DNA of 64,000 nucleotides from Thraustochytrium aureum (Eukaryota): NCBI GenBank assembly GCA_012862495.1, contig BLSG01000281.1:6078-70077 (forward strand), given 5' to 3'. The notes under the pieces were generated by a model. The model had not been told where the DNA came from. It did not search any database and was given only the letters and a program-made list of their open reading frames with translations. Position 1 is the first letter of the stretch; every line of letters begins with the position of its first letter. This document shows, piece after piece, positions 42,917-54,930 of this stretch. Position numbers and translations under genes: made by a program.

Positions 42917-45900
42917 CTAGTCCTGCAGCAGGCCTGCGGCATCGCCCTGCCAATAACTAGAGAGCGATTCCACGACACTGCGCCGCAGTCCTACGAGCTT
43001 GTTTCCCGCACGACGAACGCGCTCGAGGAGGGCTTTCATTTCGTTCCGTTCAAAACAGACAGCAAGCCCAAGTGAGTCATCCGCCAAAATCGGGACCACA
43101 AGCATCGCAGCACTCAAAAGCTCGGCCTGCTTGTCCTCGGGCCCAGACAACTTGCTCACCCACTCTGCACCTGTGGAGAGCACTTCCATGTATGATTTGA
43201 CCATGTGCTGCACACAGAGCTTGCGGAGGGCACCCGGCTCGTTGCAGCTCCGCCCAACCGCAGCAACCCGCTCGAGCCGTTCCAACTCGGTGACAGGGTC
43301 TTCCTCAAAAGCTCGAACTTGGCACATCCCTGCAACAAACGATTCCACGTCTAGACTGCGCTCTGGCGGGTCAACAAGCCACCCGCCGGGCGTCCTCAGA
43401 ACGCGCAGAATTTGGTCGCGCGTGAACATGGCCGCTCGCGCAATCTCCAGCGGCAAGCTCGAAGGCGCGCGAACTGTGTGGCGGTCGAGCCCTTGCGCCA
43501 CAAGGCTGGAGAGGTCCTCCTTCCACCGCGCAATCGACAGCTGAGCGGACAGAAAGTCGTGCCAACAGGTTCTCTCACGCTGCACAACCTCGTCGTGCAG
43601 AAAGGTCATCAGATAGGGTGAGGACGTGCTCTCGGCCGTTTCGATTGCCTCCGCGAAAGGGTCAACAGCCTTGTCCATGAAGTCTGCTGCAATCTCGTGG
43701 CCTTGGGACTCGGTGTTGCGAAAGGCCTCCGCGACCAGATCGCGCACAAGAGCGTTGGCCTGTACGAGAGCCTCGTGGCGCGTCGTTTCGTCGGCCTTGA
43801 GCCACTGCCAGGTTTCCAAAAGGCGGAGTCGGACGTCTACGTCGTCCTCGCGCAAGAGTCGCGCACGCGCAATGTCCTCGACTCCGCTTTCGTCCAAGTC
43901 CGGATGGTCCAGGAGGCGGATCTCACGAAGCGCGACAGAGATCGACTCGCCAGGGGCGGTCCTTGTGAGCCATTGACGGCGCACGTTGCGGACGGCCAGG
44001 CGAGCTGCCTGAGCCTGAAGATGCTCTGGGTGAATGATCTGGAGCCAGTGCTGCAGAAGCTCGGCCTTTGCACTGGCTGGCGCGAAAGCGGCGGCCTCGA
44101 GCACGCTTGCATGGATGGCAAGCGCGAGGTCCGCGTGGACAAAGGTTTTGTAGAACACGGGAAGGAACGCGTACCGGTCGAGGATGAACGTCTTGTCCAC
44201 AAGGAGAAACCGCACGTATGCCAGAACAGCGGCTTCCGCAACGTGCGGCGCGGCGCACGAGTCCTCGTCGACCACGGTGCTGATGGACGTGAGTTCGGTC
44301 ATGTAGATCGAGGCGTGCGCGACAAACCGCAGCAGCTGTACCGCGAAGGCGCGGTTCTCCAGATCCCAGCACGGCGCCTTTGCTGGCGGTTTCTCCGCAA
44401 GAGCGGCCACCGAAGCTCTGGCTGCGATCTCGTCGCCAATCGTGCGCACGGCGGCCCGCACAGCAAAGTCTTGGCCGCACACCTCTACTATCGTTGCCAA
44501 GTTGAGCCTTGGCCAGTCTGCCCCGCACAAGAGTTGGCAAAGCCCCACTTGTCCTGGAGCCGCGTTGCCCAGAGAAGCGCGCCCCTCCAGCAAGGCCCTG
44601 AAGTGGCCTTCGACCATAGCCCGCTGAACTGCGAAAAAGTACTCATCAGCCGCAGGAACGGCGGCGTGAACTTTGGCGAGCACCTTGTGCTCATTCTCCA
44701 ATGCGAGAGCCGAAGCAGCCGTCCGGAGCTCGGCCTCGGGGCCGGCAGTGTCTGGACCTGGAAAATGCGGGTCGACAGCTACGCGGGCCATGCGGTCTTC
44801 AGCGAGCAGGCAGTCGAGCCGGCTCTGCACCATGCAGAGGAAGTAGGCCCACATCTGCTCGCGCCACGCCCGGCACAGCGGCGAGCTCAAGAGGAGGTCC
44901 AGGTCGCCCGCTAGCGCCGCGTAAATGGTGCCTTCGAGGACGGCAGCCCGAACCTTGGCCGTTGAACTCTGGCCAGCTGGTGGCTGCGAGGCCTGCCTCA
45001 ACAGCGTGGCGGCTGCGACTCGAGCGGCACGTTTCCAAATTGCACGGTTCGAGTTGCCCACCCACTCACCATTCGCACCGCAGGTGAATGGAGCGCCTCC
45101 GCCCATGGAGGCGACGCGCCAAGGCTCGCCGTACTCTTCGCACGCTGCGATTGCCTCGTCGGACAAGGCCACGTGCGTGTCCCTCCTTGCGCGCCTCTCG
45201 TCCACGCCTCGAAAATCGCAGTAGAAGGCCCCGCGCCGGACAAGCCGCCAGAGCGTCTCCAAGAGGGCGATCCGATCGTCTTGATCGTCAGGGTCAAGGT
45301 CGCACTCGGGCCCGCGCTGCACAGCGTCAGGGTCTACCTGCAGCCCGACTCGCTGCCCGTTGAGCCCCAATTTGGTTGTCTTCGGCAAGTAAGGACCGCG
45401 GCGCCTCGGCGGTCTCTCGGCAGTCTCCTCCCCTGCCGCGTGGTGCAGCCAGCGCACGACCACGTTCCAGCGCTGCAGCGTTTTGTCTCGAGAGTACTCG
45501 TGCTCGAAAACGCTCTGCGGCGGACCATCGCTTGGGCGGTCGAGCTTCTCAAGTAAACTCGAGTGGAGCATGTGCAGCAGTTTCCAGGTGTCCTTTTCTT
45601 GTCGCAGGCGGGCCGCAGCGTCGTCCTCAATGGCGCGGCGCCCATCAAAGGTCTGCCGCATAGCTCGGCCCTGCGTGCCGGCCTGTAGCCTGGGCCCGGC
45701 AAGCTGGAGCGCTTCTTGGCAGCACGCGTAGTAGGCCTCCAGGGTCTTGGTGCAGCCGTGCGGAAGGTCGCCAGAGGCACTAACGACGAGCTGCCGCGCC
45801 ATTTTGACGTGCTCATCGGTGTGAATGAGGTCGACGGACGAGCTGGCGGTCTCCGCAGCCGCGCGCTCCTGCTCCAGGTGCACAAGTGTGGTGCGCTTCT

Positions 45901-46204
45901 GCTGGCTGCCCTGAAATCCAGCGTTCACGAACTCCTCGGGCTCTTTATACCGCCGCTCCATCACGTGGTACGCACCATGGAGCGAGCTGCTCATGCGATC
46001 ATCGTCAAAATCGTACTCGTCAAGCTGACGCAGCATTTCGTTGCTTTGTGCGCCGACGCTGCGCGCGGCCCGGCTGCCAAGGTCAAGGCGAGGTGTCGCC
46101 GCATCCTTGGAGATGGTCGAGAGAAGGCTCTCGACTCTCTCGTACGCGAGCCGTCCTTCCAGCAGGAGGGCTTCGTCGTCCTCCTCGTCGCGGTTGAGCG
46201 CCAT
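42917..46204 (-). CDS. NUP107: Nuclear pore complex protein Nup107/Nup84
   Basis: EKDTWKLL, VVRWL, VDPDA..R, LWRLVRRG, GEPWRVASMGGG, GNSNRAIWK, EGTIYAALAGDL, WREQMWAYF, LLRFVAH. Confidence 0.88.
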   Translation of the reverse strand: MALNRDEEDDEALLLEGRLAYERVESLLSTISKDAATPRLDLGSRAARSVGAQSNEMLRQLDEYDFDDDRMSSSLHGAYHVMERRYKEPEEFVNAGFQGSQQKRTTLVHLEQERAAAETASSSVDLIHTDEHVKMARQLVVSASGDLPHGCTKTLEAYYACCQEALQLAGPRLQAGTQGRAMRQTFDGRRAIEDDAAARLRQEKDTWKLLHMLHSSLLEKLDRPSDGPPQSVFEHEYSRDKTLQRWNVVVRWLHHAAGEETAERPPRRRGPYLPKTTKLGLNGQRVGLQVDPDAVQRGPECDLDPDDQDDRIALLETLWRLVRRGAFYCDFRGVDERRARRDTHVALSDEAIAACEEYGEPWRVASMGGGAPFTCGANGEWVGNSNRAIWKRAARVAAATLLRQASQPPAGQSSTAKVRAAVLEGTIYAALAGDLDLLLSSPLCRAWREQMWAYFLCMVQSRLDCLLAEDRMARVAVDPHFPGPDTAGPEAELRTAASALALENEHKVLAKVHAAVPAADEYFFAVQRAMVEGHFRALLEGRASLGNAAPGQVGLCQLLCGADWPRLNLATIVEVCGQDFAVRAAVRTIGDEIAARASVAALAEKPPAKAPCWDLENRAFAVQLLRFVAHASIYMTELTSISTVVDEDSCAAPHVAEAAVLAYVRFLLVDKTFILDRYAFLPVFYKTFVHADLALAIHASVLEAAAFAPASAKAELLQHWLQIIHPEHLQAQAARLAVRNVRRQWLTRTAPGESISVALREIRLLDHPDLDESGVEDIARARLLREDDVDVRLRLLETWQWLKADETTRHEALVQANALVRDLVAEAFRNTESQGHEIAADFMDKAVDPFAEAIETAESTSSPYLMTFLHDEVVQRERTCWHDFLSAQLSIARWKEDLSSLVAQGLDRHTVRAPSSLPLEIARAAMFTRDQILRVLRTPGGWLVDPPERSLDVESFVAGMCQVRAFEEDPVTELERLERVAAVGRSCNEPGALRKLCVQHMVKSYMEVLSTGAEWVSKLSGPEDKQAELLSAAMLVVPILADDSLGLAVCFERNEMKALLERVRRAGNKLVGLRRSVVESLSSYWQGDAAGLLQD

Positions 46205-46359
46205 ACCTGTCGAGTATCCAGCCTGGTCTCGGGCAGCTCGGGACCCTTGTCCTTCGCGGCGGCCTCTCCACGCAGACCGGCGGGCTGATGCTCCCTTTCC
46301 TCGCGCTGCAGGTCCGTGCTGCCGTCCCGTGGGGCTCTGCCGCAAGCGTCCTCGGCCTC

Positions 46360-46412
46360 CTGCTGCTGCTGCTGCTGCTGCTTGTGTCTGCTGCTGCTGC
46401 TGCTGCTGCTGC
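46360..46412. repeat. Two CTG/CAG trinucleotide tracts
   Basis: Seen directly between divergent NUP107 and cathepsin genes. Confidence 0.85.
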
Positions 46413-46940
46413 TTGTGTGGTTGTTCGAACTGGACGAACTTTGTGAACTTCCTCCAGATCCCGCCACTTCACGATCAGAAACAGAGTCACCAGACATGCG
46501 CGCGACTCGGAGCTGAGTTCATCGTCACGTGCGCAGGTTGAAGTGTACTCCGAGTACCGGTAGGCCTCTAGAGGCGCGCTTGGCTTGGGTTGACAGCCAT
46601 GGGTTCTCGTCAGCGCGAGTCCTCGGCGTGAGACTCGCGCGCCTCGGGCCTCGGACGCAATATCCCGGACAAGGTGCAAGTGGGCACTTTGCTGAAAATG
46701 TGGTGTCAAAAGGGACCCCCGGCCATTGGCGGCTGCGCTCCTGGAAAAGCCGCGCTTTGCCGATTGGCGCAACGTCCCTTTTGTTACCCGGAATCCAGTG
46801 CCCCAACACGAACGGGACAGCCACGCCCGAAGCGCAGAGGTCGCGCGCCAAGCATCGTGCGTGATTCACGACAAGAGCCACCTGCTCCTGGCAACCACAG
46901 CGAGCGCGCGCACGACATCGACGAGGCAAGGCGCTGCAAC

Positions 46941-48197
46941 ATGGGTTCGCGCCTGGGACGCGGCCTTGTCGCCCTGTCCCTCCTGGCAGGCAATGGCCTT
47001 GGCAGCGCGAGTTTCGGCNNNNNNNNNNNNNNNNNNNNNNNNNNNNNNNNNNNNNNNNNNNNNNNNNNNNNNNNNNNNNNNNNNNNNNNNNNNNNNNNNN
47101 NNNNNNNNNNNNNNNNNNNNNNNNNNNNNNNNNNNAATGGCCTTGGCAGCGCGAGTTTCGGCTTCGGTGGCATGAACGAGTTAGTGCACCCGCCGGACCA
47201 CGACAAGCCAGAGGTCGTGCTGCATGCCCGACCGCACGAGCTGGTTTCTGTTTCCTCGCTGCCAGACGAGTTCGACTGGCGCAGCGTTGGGAACCGATCG
47301 TACGTGACGAAAATGCTAAACCAGCACATCCCCCAGTACTGCGGCAGCTGCTGGGCGCATGCAGCGCTGAGCTCGCTGGCTGACCGCATCAAGATTTCAC
47401 GCGGCGGCCGCGGTGTGGACATCAACCTTTCCGTGCAGTTCCTGCTCAACTGCGGCGAGCGCGTGGCCGGGTCCTGCTTTGGAGGGAGTCATGTTGGCGC
47501 GTACCAGTTCATCCACGACGTTGGCTACATTCCGTTCGACACGTGCCTGCCTTACGAGGCCTGCTCGAGCAACTCGCTGGACGCGCATTGCATGGCGCGC
47601 GACTTCAAGTGCTCTGCGCACAACACGTGCCGGACGTGCTTTGTGATGCCCTTAGCCAACGCTGGGAAACGGCTCGACCCGCACTCCCGCGCTGGCGCAG
47701 GGGGATTCATGACCAAGTGCGCGGCGCTCAACCACTTTCCGAACGCCACCGTTGTCGAGTACGGAAACGTGACAGGAGCAGACAACATGAAGGCCGAGAT
47801 CTTTGCGCGTGGACCGATCGCCTGCTCGATCAACTCGATTCCTCTCAACCAGTACCGCGGCGGTTTGCTTGACGACCCCGAAAGCTCGCGAAACACGACC
47901 CATGTGGTTTCGGTTATCGGGTGGGCCAAGTCTCCGTCAGGCATACCGTACTGGATCATCCGCAACTCTTGGGGCGAGTACTGGGGCGACATGGGAATGC
48001 TCTACCTCAAGTTGGGCGAGAACCAGCTTGGGATCGAGCAGCACTGCTCTTGGGCTGTGCCTGGCGCTTTCACGGAGCACAATGGGCACCCGTGCTTTGA
48101 GGATGGCTCGAATTGCAGCGCGGGCAGCGGGGCCCCCAACGAGTCTTCGCTGCGCGGGCCGATTTTCGGCGCTGCCTTGCTGGAGGCTGCCGTCTAG
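46941..48197 (+). CDS. CTSZ: Cathepsin X/Z-like papain-family (C1A) cysteine protease; spurious gap
   Basis: Signal-like N-terminus, short propeptide, LPDEFDWR, NQHIPQYCGSCWAH (HIP mini-loop typical of cathepsin X), catalytic His in THVVSVIGW, YWIIRNSWGEYWG. Confidence 0.92.
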   Translation: MGSRLGRGLVALSLLAGNGLGSASFGXXXXXXXXXXXXXXXXXXXXXXXXXXXXXXXXXXXXXXXNGLGSASFGFGGMNELVHPPDHDKPEVVLHARPHELVSVSSLPDEFDWRSVGNRSYVTKMLNQHIPQYCGSCWAHAALSSLADRIKISRGGRGVDINLSVQFLLNCGERVAGSCFGGSHVGAYQFIHDVGYIPFDTCLPYEACSSNSLDAHCMARDFKCSAHNTCRTCFVMPLANAGKRLDPHSRAGAGGFMTKCAALNHFPNATVVEYGNVTGADNMKAEIFARGPIACSINSIPLNQYRGGLLDDPESSRNTTHVVSVIGWAKSPSGIPYWIIRNSWGEYWGDMGMLYLKLGENQLGIEQHCSWAVPGAFTEHNGHPCFEDGSNCSAGSGAPNESSLRGPIFGAALLEAAV

Positions 48198-48710
48198 CTT
48201 GGCGTGCACGAATGGCGTGATGTAGGTAGGCCTAGTGCGAGAAAGAACCGGATTGTGTTGGCTTTTGGACAAGACCCGATGTGTGGGCGGTCAACAGTGG
48301 TTCACCCTGTAGAGATTCCTGGGCCGAGTCCCCGCGTCTCCACCCAACCCGTCGTCAACAAGTTGTGCCGGAGGGTCGTGCAAGCCGGTTGCCGCGGACG
48401 CAGTGAGGCGGTGTTCACTTTTCACACGGGATCCAGCGGACGATCGGCAAAGGGCACCGTTTACCATTCTTCTCTGGAAAAGGCGCGGGCCTGAAGCTTG
48501 TCGTGTTCATCGCAACGCTGCCCGCGAATGTGCTCGAGTTCGTTTGCGGCACAGACGCCACCTTTGGGAGGACAAACCGATCGTCGCTCGTGGCCCGGTA
48601 AAGAGCGTTTGGCTCTAGCTAGTTCGCAGCAAACCTCTGGTACTTACTCTGTTTCCTTGTCGCGCCCGGGACGATGGGAAACCTGCAGGCGGTTCCGCTG
48701 GGCCGGCGAG

Positions 48711-48748
48711 CGAGCGACCGAGCGACCGAGCGACCGAGCGACCGAGCG
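48711..48748. repeat. 8-bp tandem repeat (CGAGCGAC) x4-5
   Basis: Seen directly. Confidence 0.8.
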
Positions 48749-49152
48749 GCTGGTACAGGCGCCTGTTGGTCGAAGAGGACAAAGATGATGCCGCGGACAT
48801 GCATGTAATTGTGCAGCAGCAGAGATCCAAGGTCGGAGACGGAAGGCTGACGCAAAAGACAGAGTTTCTGCACCAACCAAAGTCAAGTAAACGCAACTGC
48901 TGATTCGCGCCCCGCTCGAACGGGGCTCGTGTCGAAGAGTGGAGCCAGAAGAATAAAATTAGCATCCCGCCGGATGGCTCCGGTGGGCCATCTGCCCGCA
49001 CACTTTAGCTTTGCCGCCGCCGTCAAGATGGGTTTCATTTCTTTCATTTCTCCCGCATCGTTCCCCTTCTGGCAAGGTCTTTGCTGCGTGCATGCAGCCA
49101 CCGGTGAGAGCCCGCGCCGTCAAGCACGGCCGGCGCACGACGGCCAGGACTA

Positions 49153-51257
49153 CTAGGCGGAGGCCACGAGCGAGCGAAACCAATCGCGCTGCTCATCCGT
49201 GAGCCAGCGCGACGGCAACAGGGACGTCGCAGGCCAAGGCCGCCGGCCAACCGCGTCGAGCTTGATCTTTCGCTCCCTAGCGATGATCTCCGCGACGCGC
49301 TGCTCGCAGTGGGGGAACTCGCCGGCTTGGCAATGCCCCATCCCGGCGCGCGTCCGGCGACGAACCGCTTGCGTGTTATCCACGACGAGGCTCGAGTGTA
49401 CCGCGTTCACAATCTCCGCCTCTGTGACCTTTTCGCACTTGCAGAGAATGTGCTGGTCAGCGGGGACTTTACCGACGTTCTCAGGCTTGTAGACTTTGAG
49501 ACGGTCCCCGCGCATCGATTTCCAGTTGTTTTTCGGGACCACGAGCGGTCGCCGCACGGGGTCAAAGTCGGCAAACTTGTTCAGCTTGAGTCCCGCCGCG
49601 CCAAGGAGGCGAACGATCTCCAAGGCGATGGCGGGCGAGCCTGCAAGGCCCGGCGAGTCGATACCGGCGGCGTGGAAGAAACCCGGCGCCGCTTCACTCT
49701 CTTCGATGATCCAGTCGCCGCGGTCGCTCTTGGCGCGCGCCCCACAGAACGAGTGGATGACGTCGCCTGCGTCAAAGGCTGGAACAAGCTCGCGACACTT
49801 TTGCAGGATGTACTCGAAGACGTCTGTGTCGCTCATGTTGAGCATTTCCGGGTTGTTTGTGTCGCGGGCTGTGGGGCCGAGGATCAGGTTGCCCCAGAGC
49901 GTGGTTTGGACAAGCACGCCCTTGCCTAGAACGGGATCCGGGCAACTGCGAGCCAACCACCCGCGCAAATGAGTCAGCAAACAACTTGGCAGCAAAAGCT
50001 GGAGCGAGCGATGCGGCAGCACGGGATCAAATCGGCAGAGAGCAAAAAGCAAGAAACGTACGGGAATAGGGTGTGGCGGGCCAGGTGGCCCTGGTTCTTG
50101 TGAAGGAGAAGATAGTCGCCAAGGCGCGGCTTGATCTTGAACGACTTGTCTCCCACCATTCGAGCGACCTTGTCTGCGAAGAGACCAGCGCAGTTGACGA
50201 CAAATCGGCCCTTGAAGGAAACCTCGCGCCCCGAGTTGCCGCGCTTGAAGGCAAGCGTCGGGTGCACCGCGTCGTCGCGGACGCGGGCGCCGCTTTCGCC
50301 GCGGGCTCCCCCCACAGCGATCAAGGCAATGACACCAAGGAGGCCGAACGCAAGGATGACAAGTCCGGGCACGAGCTGGCCTTGGGCAGCCAAGCCCGCA
50401 CCGAGGACTGCCACAGCACCAGCGGCCGCGACCTGGCCCCCGTTGCCGCCCTTCGAGCCTTTGCTGTCCGCGCCGAGAGCGGGGTCCCAATCGCGCGCGT
50501 GAACAACAAACGACCCACTTGACTCATCCCGCTTGATCTTGGTAACCTCGTGGCGGATCCGAACGTCAACGCCGTTGTCAGCGGCGTTCTCCGCGAGCGC
50601 GATGGCGAACTCGTAAGGCGTTACTGTCCCCGCGCTTGGCGAGTAGAGCGCCGCCGTGACATCTGGGCTGATGTGCGGCTCCATGGCCCGAACTTCGTCT
50701 TGGCCCACTATGCGCAGGTGCTGCACACCATTCTTCAGGCCGCGTTCAACAAGCTCCTGCAGGCGCGCCTCCTCCTCGGGGCCCCGCGCGCAGACGAGCG
50801 ACCCATTCTTCAAAAATCCAAACTTGAGGTCCTTGTCCAGCTCGGCAAACATCTGATTTCCGGGCCAGCAGAACTTGGCGCGCACTGAGCCGGGCTTGTC
50901 ATCATACCCTGAGTGCACGATCCCGCTGTTTCCCTTCGTAGCACCTTGCGTCACGTCGTCATCGCGCTCGAGGAGGAGGACAGAGCAGTCGAGCTTGGCA
51001 AGCTCGCGCGCGATGGCGCCGCCCACGCAGCCGGCGCCCACGATGATCACATCGTACGAGCCGTCCTTCTTGGCCCGCTTTTCGCGCAGCCTAGCGGCGC
51101 GTTCTGCGCGGCTCGCGCCCGAGGCTTCTACCTTGGGGCTGCCCTTGACCCAGGCGTCGCATTCCTCGATGTCGAGCCACGCGCCGCCGCAGAACACGCC
51201 TTTCGACCCGTGTACCTTGTAGTCGCTTGGCGTTGCAGGAGCGTCTCCGCTGCCCAT
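49153..51257 (-). CDS. FAD-dependent oxidoreductase (GlpA/LhgO-like) with C-terminal BFD-like [2Fe-2S] domain; intron 50061-49946
   Basis: YDVIIVGAGCVG, GATKGNSGIVHSG, VVNCAGLFADKV, KGVLVQTTLWGNLILGPTA, AGIDSPGLAGSPAIA, CKCEKVTEAEI...RAGMGHCQ...C. GTACGT..CAG intron is in frame (LFP|CPDP). Confidence 0.9.
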
Positions 51258-52031
51258 CGCGGCTGTCCTGCGCGCGAGTTGGCCTGTGCGCCGGGCACTC
51301 CGTACGAACTGGGGCTGGTTGGCCGGCGCACCCTACCTTGCCAAGGCGCTCCGCTCCACCGCAGGTTTTTCCTTCCTTGCGAGAGTTGGAACAGGCTCTG
51401 CTCGATGCGCGCCGGGTTGTACGGACTGCAGGCGTCGAGTGGCTGGGGGGCGTTGGGGACGAGGCTCGGAGGCTGGTCGACTCTGGCAGCTTTCTGCTGC
51501 CGGCGCCGACTGCAGAGCTCGCTTTTGCTTTTGCTCGAGCGCTGGGCGGCTCGGTGGGGGAGGGGAGGCTCTGCGCTGCGGCTGTGCCGTCGTCGCTGCG
51601 CGTCTGGAAGTGAATGCCCCTTTCACCACAGCAGTGCAGCGACGAGGCCGTATTCGGGGGGACGGAAGATTAGAGGCACGCTTTGAAGCCTGGCTAAAGA
51701 CTTGCGAGAAAATATTACTACTGCCCGCGACAAGTCAACTGGCTGCGNNNNNNNNNNNNNNNNNNNNNNNNNNNNNNNNNNNNNNNNNNNNNNNNNNNNN
51801 NNNNNNNNNNNNNNNNNNNNNNNNNNNNNNNNNNNNNNNNNNNNNNNNNNNNNNNNNNNNNNNNNNNNNNNNNNNNNNNNNNNNNNNNNNNNNNNCAGCG
51901 CCACTGTGGCGCCAACGGGTGGCTGGCTGCTCTTGCCCGCCCCTTGCGAAGACGCTTCGGGTCCCGCCGAAGGTGCAAGCCATGCTGCTGCCGCACTCTG
52001 CGCTGGACGGCCCTCCCTCAGCCCCGACCCG

Positions 52032-54415
52032 CTACAAGACAGGGTGGACAGTCTGGCTGGCGAGCTGCACGACTTGGCGAATGCGGTCCTCCAGCGCCGC
52101 CGCCTCCTCGATGTCAGCCCCGCGCGCCACGACGCGCGAGACGTGGCCCTCCTCCGTAACGCGATCTCCGCGGCGAGGCCCTCGCTGGGGAACACCGAGA
52201 CGCGCACCTCGCCCGGCTCGACCGCGTCCTCCCCGAACGTCTCGCGCAAGAGCCGCAGAACTAGGTCGGCGGTTTGAGAAGCGACGATGACCTTGCTGAT
52301 CGGAGCGCCCTCGACCGGGTCGGGCTCGCTGGGGCTCTCCAGGTCCGCTGGCTGCTTGCCCTGCTCGTCGAGAGGAGGCTGCGCCACGTCTGCGGGCGCT
52401 CCTGCAAGCGCGGGCTCACCCACTGGCACACCGCCCACGCCAGGCCCAGAAACGTCGCCCACAGCGGGGGCAGCGCCCATGTCCTCGGGCCGCTCGACAT
52501 GCTCCGGCTCGGGCTTTGGGACGACAGAGTGGCCGTGCGCGGCGCAACATGTCCCAATGCGCACGGCCGGGATGCCGCCCTCGGCCTGCATGAGGATCGC
52601 GGTGAGCGCGTCGGCGATCATGTCGTTCGAAGGCGAGGACTCCCAGGTCATGCAAACCACGTCCGACTTGAGGCGCAGATCGACCTTGTCGTGAACGCGC
52701 AGGGTGTCGTCGGAAACCTTGACCGGCTTGAACAGCTTCGAGACGCACATCTCGAGGTGCTCAAACTTGGGGTGGAACGGGACGTGCAGCTTTTGCTTGA
52801 CCACGGCGGTCTTGAGCTGCGTGTAAAGCCGAATGTCCTCTGTAGCAATAAAGCGGTCCGTAAAGTCTTTGCGCACCAGGTAGGCGGCGACGCGGCTCCC
52901 GGGCTCCCGCATGCGGCGCTGGACGAGCTCCCCGCCGTAGGCCTTGACTATGCGCTGCTCCTGGAAGCGCAGAGTGACGGTGCTGCAGTTTTCAGGGTTG
53001 AAAAACTCTGTGTCCAGATTGAGCTGCTGCGCGTTGCGCTGGAGCTCGTTCTTGAGCTTGCGCATCTGCTCGGCCTCGCCGTGCACGAAAATGATGTTCT
53101 TGGGGCGCAGCTGGTCCACAAAGCTCTTGGTCCCAATAAAATCCGAGTGAGCGGCGAAGGTGATGGTCTTGACCTCGCACTCGACGGGTAGGATCAACCC
53201 GTTGAGGGAGGTGATCTCGCGCATGTTCTCCTTGGAGAGGTCTTTGGCGAGCGTCCCCTCGACGCTGTAGCCGGCAAGGATGACTCCGTTGCGGCGGTCC
53301 GAGCACCACTGCTCGAAGAGTTTGCGCGACTTGCCGCTTTGCAGGTACCCGGGGCTGGCAAGCACGACGGCGGGGCCGACGATCTCCTCGTTCTCGCCCA
53401 GGCTGCCGATGTTTTCGAACGTCCACGGCTGGCTGAGCTGGTTTTGGCGCATCGCGTCGTTCATCGTGTTGATAAAGCTCCTGTAGATGCTCAGCGCCTC
53501 GTTGGCGATGCGCGACGTGTGGTAGATCGGGATGTTGCGCAGGTCCGGGTTGCGGTTCCAGTGATCCTCCAGGATGAGAAGGAGCTCCTGCACGGCGCCG
53601 AGGGCCCCCATCGGGATGAGGCAGTTACCGCCGCGGCGTACAATCTTTTCCACGGATTCGGTGAACCGCTTCTCGCGCTGCTCGCGCGACTCGTGGACCA
53701 TGAGACCGAAGGTGGCCTCGACGATGAGAACGTCTGGCCGCGACGAGGGGATCTCGGCGCCCCGCAGGTGCCGGTCGTCCTCGCGCGAGTAGTCGCCCGT
53801 GTACAATATTTTGACGCCGGCGATTTCCATCAGGAACATGGACGCGCCCAGCACGTGGCCGGCGTGGTATGGAGTGATTTTTATGCCTTCCACCTCGATG
53901 ACCTGGTGAAAGCCGACGGTCTGGCACTTCTCCAGGCACTTTGCGAGCTCATCTTGGTTGTAAATCGGCGCGTTGTCCGGGTCGTTGGCGAGAATTCGCG
54001 CATAGTCCTTGAGGACGAGCCGCAGCACGGCTTTCGTTGCGCTTGTCATGTACACCTGGCCTCGAAAGGCGGTGCGTTCCGTGAGATAGGGGATCGAGGC
54101 CGCGTGGTCCAGGTGAAAGTGCGTCACAAGCAGCAGGTCGATTTCGCCCAGGTCGAACCTGTCCAGGTATGGTAGCATGTTCATGCCCTGTCGCCCTGGA
54201 TGGATCCCGCAGTCGAGCATGATCTTTTTCCCCTTGAACTCGAGCACGTGGCAGGACCGGCCCACTTCACGGCCCGACCCGAGAGGGGTAAACGTCAGGT
54301 TGTTCGAGTCTTCCCACAGGTTGAGCTCGGCGTCGACGGCCATCCCCTTGCTGGGGCCCGCGCCGCCCGCTCGCGTTGCGGCCCCGAAGGAGCTCACGGA
54401 GGATTTGCGCTTCAT
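52032..54415 (-). CDS. CPSF3: Cleavage and polyadenylation specificity factor 73 kDa endonuclease; apparent frameshift ~52175
   Basis: PLGSGREVGRSC, MLDCGIHP, THFHLDH, AGHVLGA, YTGDYSREDDRHL, beta-CASP, FAAHSD, VHGE. The corrected C-terminus LEDRIRQVVQLASQTVHPVL ends at 52032. Confidence 0.93.
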
Positions 54416-54616
54416 CTCGGCCGGCCCTCCACGCGCTCCGCGATCTCGCGCTCGGATCCGTTCGCGAAGCTCCCCTACGCGCCGCGCCGCGCCGCGCCTC
54501 GCCTCCGCTTCCGCCCGCCCGCCCGCCTGCCTGCGCGCCCCCTCGCTGCGCGCGATCTGCAGGCGCAACTCTGTGGCTTGCTGGGTGGGCCTTGCTCGTC
54601 TTCCTCCGAAGGAACA

Positions 54617-54930
54617 AAATGCGTTCCGCTCAGTTAAAATGCGTTCCGCTCAAATGCGTTCCGCTCAAATGCGTTCCGCTCNNNNNNNNNNNNNNNNNNN
54701 NNNNNNNNNNNNNNNNNNNNNNNNNNNNNNNNNNNNNNNNNNNNNNNNNNNNNNNNNNNNNNNNNNNNNNNNNNNNNNNNNNNNNNNNNNNNNNNNNNNN
54801 NNNNNNNNNNNNNNNNNNNNNNNNNNNNNNNNNNNNNNNNNNNNNNNNNNNNNNNNNNNNNNNNNNNNNNNNNNNNNNNNNNNNNNNNNNNNNNNACTTT
54901 TGCGTTCCGCTGACTGATTTTGCGTTCCGC
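54617..54930. repeat. 15-bp tandem repeat AAATGCGTTCCGCTC running into a gap, with variant copies after it
   Basis: Copies at 54617, 54637, 54652 and 54667; TTTGCGTTCCGC at about 54899 and 54919. Confidence 0.88.

Noticed and set aside
46992..47162. Duplicated NGLGSASFG in the cathepsin
   Set aside because: Same sequence on both sides of the gap; scaffolding artefact.
48200..49150. Hidden small gene or ncRNA in the ~950-bp convergent intergenic region (also 20730-21200 and 22550-23440)
   Set aside because: Only short motif-less ORFs and simple repeats; no tRNA, snRNA or snoRNA signature recognised by eye. An Infernal/Rfam scan would be needed to exclude one.
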